This document shows, piece by piece, positions 59,554 to 64,000 of a stretch of DNA of 64,000 nucleotides. The notes below the pieces were generated by a model. It ran no database searches. It had not been told where the DNA came from and saw nothing but the letters and a program-made list of their open reading frames with translations. Location: the NCBI GenBank assembly GCA_030390025.1, contig CM059435.1, positions 44,268,001 to 44,332,000 on the forward strand. Reading direction: 5' to 3'. Position 1 is the first letter of the stretch; every line of letters begins with the position of its first letter. The position numbers and the translations under genes were made by a program. The stretch comes from Squalus acanthias. Its lineage: Eukaryota.

Positions 59554-59810
59554 GCTCGGCATGCAGATAATCCAGATCCATTCAGTGACATTTTCGATGA
59601 TGATGATGTAGACTTACGAGAAAATCGGGACACTTACTGGTCAGAAGCGGACAAACAAGTCATGGCTCCTTGTTTAGGACTACTGAAAGCAGCTAAAGCA
59701 TGTCTGAAAAAGGTCTCTGGAGCCATGAAAACTCATGGGAAGGTAGACACCTTACAACACTTAACACAGTTGGATGATTTGGGTGATATTACCAGTGAAA
59801 TTAGCCCCAG
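59554..59810 (+). CDS. CCNDBP1: CCNDBP1 exon 8: ARHADNPDPFSDIFDDDD...YWSEAD...PCLGLLKAAKACLKK...QLDDL...EISP
   Basis: ggcag acceptor, gtgagt donor; YWSE...PCL...KACLKK...QLDD...EISPS. Confidence 0.93.
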
Positions 59811-60134
59811 GTGAGTTGCTTTTTTATTGCTGAATGGAAAAACTGCCTGTAACTTAGTATTTTGCATCTGTGGTTTGGGGGGGGTGGGGGGGCTACAAGG
59901 GGAAGGTTTATCTTTTAATTAAAATGTTGGCTTGTATGAGCAATTCAAGTTTTGAAAATTTTCTGGAGGATCTTACTGATGGCACTATGCCATAATGTGG
60001 CTTCTCATCACAATTATGATAATTACTCTAGCCTTCATTTTATATCACTACATAGTCATCATCTACTCACAAATTGGGCCCTTGACTTGTTTCAGGTTAG
60101 GGATGGGGGCAGTTTATACAAAACCTCTTCTAAG

Positions 60135-60522
60135 TCTCAGTGGTCGCACTCTCGCCTCTCTACGTCAGAAGGTCCAGTGATTTGAGCGCATGATCTAGGC
60201 TGACACTTCAGTGCAGTACTGACGGAGTGCTGCACTGTCGGTGCCGTCTTTCGGATGAGACATCAAAACTGAGGCTCTGTCTGCCTGCTCAAGGTGGAGA
60301 TAAGATCCTATGGCACTATTCGAAGAAGAGCAGGGGAAATTCTCCTGTTGCCCTAGCCATCATTTATCCTTAAACTAACACGGCTAAAACCGATTATCCG
60401 ATTTCCCTTATTGCTGTTGGCAGGTTGGCTGCTGCGTTTGCTGACATAACATTGACTGCAGCTCAAAAATACTTCATTGGCTGTGAATCACTTGGGACGC
60501 TATAAAAATGGAAGATCTTTCT
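60135..60522 (+). mobile_element. Deu-domain SINE, second copy
   Basis: Homologous to 26303-26736. Confidence 0.7.
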
Positions 60523-60690
60523 AATGGATTCTTGATAAATTTTACACATGATGTGCTCCTATAAATGTATAGTTCTGAGAAGGCCATGCAATCAGTATAA
60601 TTTTTATCAGTACTCGAGTACTATACTGACTTTTCAAGCTACTGTATGTTTGGAGCCACTGTTGGTAAAGTTGTTGCTTTCCTCCCCTAG

Positions 60691-60751
60691 TGTTGATGAA
60701 TTGGTCTTAAGTCTTTACCCTCCAATGAACTATATTACTGTGCAAATGAAC
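60691..60751 (+). CDS. CCNDBP1: CCNDBP1 exon 9: SVDELVLSLYPPMNYITVQMN
   Basis: ccctag acceptor, gtgagt donor; SVDxLxLSxYPPM. Confidence 0.95.
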
Positions 60752-61645
60752 GTGAGTACTTTCCCTTCGCCTTGAAATATACAACTAGCAGTATTGGACT
60801 GTATTACTCTTGTCCTGGTTTAGGAAGAAGGTGTGTGAATGGTAAAATAGTGCTGTTTGTTCCTTTTAACATTTTGATTCAATTGGTGTGATGTAAATTG
60901 ATTCCAGGAGTACAAAGTGTACAGTTTTACAGAAATGCAAGAATAGAATGGCCATGGTATTGTAGACCTGTACGTAATCCCATATACCTCGGTAGGTGTG
61001 CATATGCAGTTGTTGTGGGAGCTGTTTCTTTCCTGTGCTATGCATCTTTTACTGAACAAGACAATAGGCTGGATACCTGCTAGAGAATGCACAGGTTAGC
61101 CTGAGTGAACCACCACCTGTCTTTTTTTCTGTGCTTCTCTTTTTTGAAAGTGCACCTTCTCTCTGCTCAGTCGCATCCGGGGTGACTTGGAAATTAGCGC
61201 TGTGGAAATTGGAGGCATGGCACTGTGTACAGCAGGGTGGAGTGCTCATACACTGTATTGGCCAGACCTTGCTGATTCTAAAAGATGTAGTCCTGTACGC
61301 TACATACAGGCACATTAAAGAATTTGGACCAAGCAAAGACCACTAACTCCATCAAACCCGCTTCTTTCAGACAGTGTACCTTCGTATACCTCCCTCAGTT
61401 ACTCTCTCGAGATGAAAGTTCTGATCTTTAAAAACTCCCTGAAACCCAGATTACTTATCCAGCCTCGCACGTCTACTATTCAACCCTGGCATGCTGCCCT
61501 CTAAGACAACTTCTGAAGTGTCACGTGCCATGGGGGACTGTTGTATCGCATGATGTATTTGGCCATCCCGGGTGATCATTAGGAAGCTGTAGGTTTTCTG
61601 TCCAGCCGTTTGTCTGAATTGTGAAAAAGTGTCTTTCTGTTTCAG

Positions 61646-61692
61646 GCTGCAAAGGTTGCTTCTGTCCTGAACAAAGTTCTGGAAATAACCAA
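61646..61692 (+). CDS. CCNDBP1: CCNDBP1 exon 10: AAKVASVLNKVLEITK
   Basis: tttcag acceptor, gtgagt donor; matches AKLVSVLKKALEITK. Confidence 0.92.
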
Positions 61693-62073
61693 GTGAGTTA
61701 AATGAATTACCAGGAAATTGTGCCTATTCCGATTTTCACATGCCCCTAATTTTTATAGCTTTCATGTTTCAAAAATAAGATTGCAGTATGCATTTGGTAC
61801 TTTTTTTTTTTCTGTGATGTTACAGAGGACACTATCTGTTGCATCTTCACATCAGCACAGATACCTTCAGACACGAACTGGGAGCTACATCTCTGAAGAG
61901 ATGGGCCTTCTAGAGGATAAAATTAGATGGAGTATTCAACGGAATACACAACATTCCTGCCTCTACAGTTGAGCACCAGCTACCACTAGGTGGTGGTAGT
62001 GTCATTTGTTCTCCAAATCCAACTACACTTGTACTGGTTCAGAATCATTGCCAGTCTAACATCCATCTCATCG

Positions 62074-63020
62074 ACATAGGAACAGGGGTCGGCCATTCAG
62101 CCCCTCGAGCCTGTTCTGCCATTCAGTGAGATCATGGCTGATCTGTATCCTAACTCCATTTACCCACCTTGGCTCCATATCCATTAATACCCTTGGCTAG
62201 CAAAATTCTATCGAACTCTGATTTAAAAATTATTAATTGAGCAAGCATCATCTGCTTTTTGTGGGAGAGAGTTCCACACTTCTACCACCCTTTGTGTGTG
62301 GAAGCATTTCCTAACTTCTCTCCTTAATGGCCTAGCTCTGATTTTAAGGTTATGTTCCCTTGTCCTAGACTTCCCCACCAGTGGAAAAAGTTTCTATCTA
62401 CCCTATCAATTTCTTTCAAAATTCCTTAAAAACCTCAATCAAATCAGCCCTTAACCTTCTATGTACCAGGGAATACAAGCCTAGTTTATGTAATTTCTCC
62501 TCATAATGTAACCCTTGGAGCCCTGGTAACATTCTGGTGAATCTGCACTGTACTCCATCCAAGGCCAATCTATCCTTTAAGGTGTGGTGCCCAGAACTGT
62601 ACACTGCTCCAGATGTGGTCTAACCAGGGCTTTGTATAGCTGTAGCAAAACTTCCTCCCCATTATATTCTAGCCCTCCAGTTATGAAGGCTAACATTCCA
62701 TTAGTCTTTTTGATGATTTTTTTTGTACCTGATCACTACATTTTATGATCTGTATACATGGACACCTCTTTGAACCTCCATTGTGCCTAGCTTTTCACCA
62801 TTTAAAAAAAAAAAATACTCATATTTCCTTTTTTGGTCCAGAATGGTTGACTTCACACTTATCTACATTGAAATCCATCTGCCACAGTTTTGCCCACTCA
62901 CTTAATCTATCAATGTTTCTTTGTAATTTCATGCTCCTGTCTACACTACTTAGTATGCCACCAATCTTTTTGTCATCGCCAAACTTGGATATATGGGTCT
63001 CTATTGTGTTATCTTTGTCA
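62074..63020 (-). mobile_element. CR1 3' portion
   Basis: GVQCRFTRMLPGLQGL; same subfamily as 51962-52630. Confidence 0.88.
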
Positions 63021-63754
63021 TTAAGAAATTTAGCCTAGTTTATGTACTCATAATTTAACCCTTGGAACTGCCCGGCAGAAGAACTAGCCTGTAGGAGAAA
63101 GGGATGATTTCCAAGGACACCAATCCCTGATCTTGAAACCTCAAGGCAACTTTAGCATTGCTGTGCAGTGGTTTTCAAGCAATTGTAGTGTAAATCTTAA
63201 GCCAGGTCCTCACTTAACTCTGGATGTAAGCAGTGAAAGATTCTCAAGGGGGTAGTGTAACCCAATTAGACTTCAGTGCATGGAATATAACACTAATGTA
63301 GTGTGAAACCAGGTGTAAAAGGTACCCAGGAGAGTCTGTGGACATCCTGGACACTTTATTTAAATCAAACTGCATTAATTTTAAACATTTATACAATGTG
63401 GAGGCTGTGTTGTGTACTGTCTAAAACATTTCAAATTTCACTGTTGGGGCAGAGCTCTGCACATCCGTGTAACCGCTCATGCACAGAACTCTATTCTGGG
63501 CTGAAGAATTGGAGTTCTAAGTAGGCACTAGTCTGAGCCTAGTAGCAGCAGTGTAAGGCCGGAGTGTGGCTACATAGTCCTGGAAGTGTTATATAGTCGT
63601 TGCCAACTGCACTGAGACAGCATTGATAAACCATCTAATTGACCAGTGACATTTTTTAAACTGGGGACATATAAACAATCTGCACACCGTATGTGCTTTT
63701 CTGCACTGTATGGTACTGCAGTTTCAAGAACTAATTCTTTCTTTCTTTATATAG

Positions 63755-63863
63755 ATCCAGTCACATGTGCCCTGAATCGGAGAGCAGCTGGTTGCAGTTT
63801 CTAAGCGGAGCAATTGATCACAATATGGACAAAGTGAAGGGTTTAACACAGGGCAGTACTTAA
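63755..63863 (+). CDS. CCNDBP1: CCNDBP1 exon 11: SSHMCPESESSWLQFLSGAIDHNMDKVKGLTQGST*
   Basis: tatag acceptor; SW...AIDH motif; TAA stop; total CDS 1050 nt. Confidence 0.93.
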
Positions 63864-64000
63864 CAAATAAAAGGAGTCTACAGTTAGATGTTTGTTCTAT
63901 TTAAGAAACCCAAAGCAGCGACTAAAAAAAAGTTGGTCAACATTTTAACAGTTGATACAACTGTTTATGTACGTAAGCTTACAATCTCTGTAGGCTACCA

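Noticed and set aside
61170-61600. Short similar motifs catcc.gggtga...attag..gctgt at ~61173 and ~61564
   Set aside because: Too short and diverged to distinguish from chance
1-64000. Most ORF-track entries as independent genes; prokaryotic systems or CRISPR arrays
   Set aside because: They are LINE fragments, antisense shadows or chance ORFs in spliced vertebrate DNA; no repeat-spacer array is present

Overview
Vertebrate genomic DNA, almost certainly from a cartilaginous fish (shark-type CR1 and L2 LINEs, Deu-domain SINEs and Penelope remnants; species not determinable). Two spliced genes lie on the + strand. The first is the 3' half of ZNFX1 (10 coding exons, 2889-22232: SF1/Upf1-like helicase motifs, NF-X1 zinc-finger array, C-terminal RZ finger). 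The second is a complete 11-exon CCNDBP1/GCIP (34709-63863, 349 aa) with a CpG-island promoter. I traced all exons by hand and they join in frame. Much of the rest is transposon-derived: nested CR1 and L2 LINEs including a near full-length CR1, SINEs, Harbinger-, hAT- and Tigger/pogo-like MITEs, and Penelope-like remnants. Most notable observations: (1) an old inverted duplication inside ZNFX1 that puts an antisense copy of a helicase exon's 3' splice site (22/22 nt perfect across the acceptor) about 1 kb downstream; (2) minimal hammerhead-ribozyme motifs in Penelope-like inserts, intact only antisense to the host genes; (3) a recursive-splice-type AG|GTGAGT site plus a GC donor bracketing an in-frame exon pair of CCNDBP1; (4) a young CpG-rich Tigger-like MITE. 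Gene and repeat-family names come from recalled reference sequences, not database searches, and repeat boundaries are approximate unless a target-site duplication (TSD) is given.
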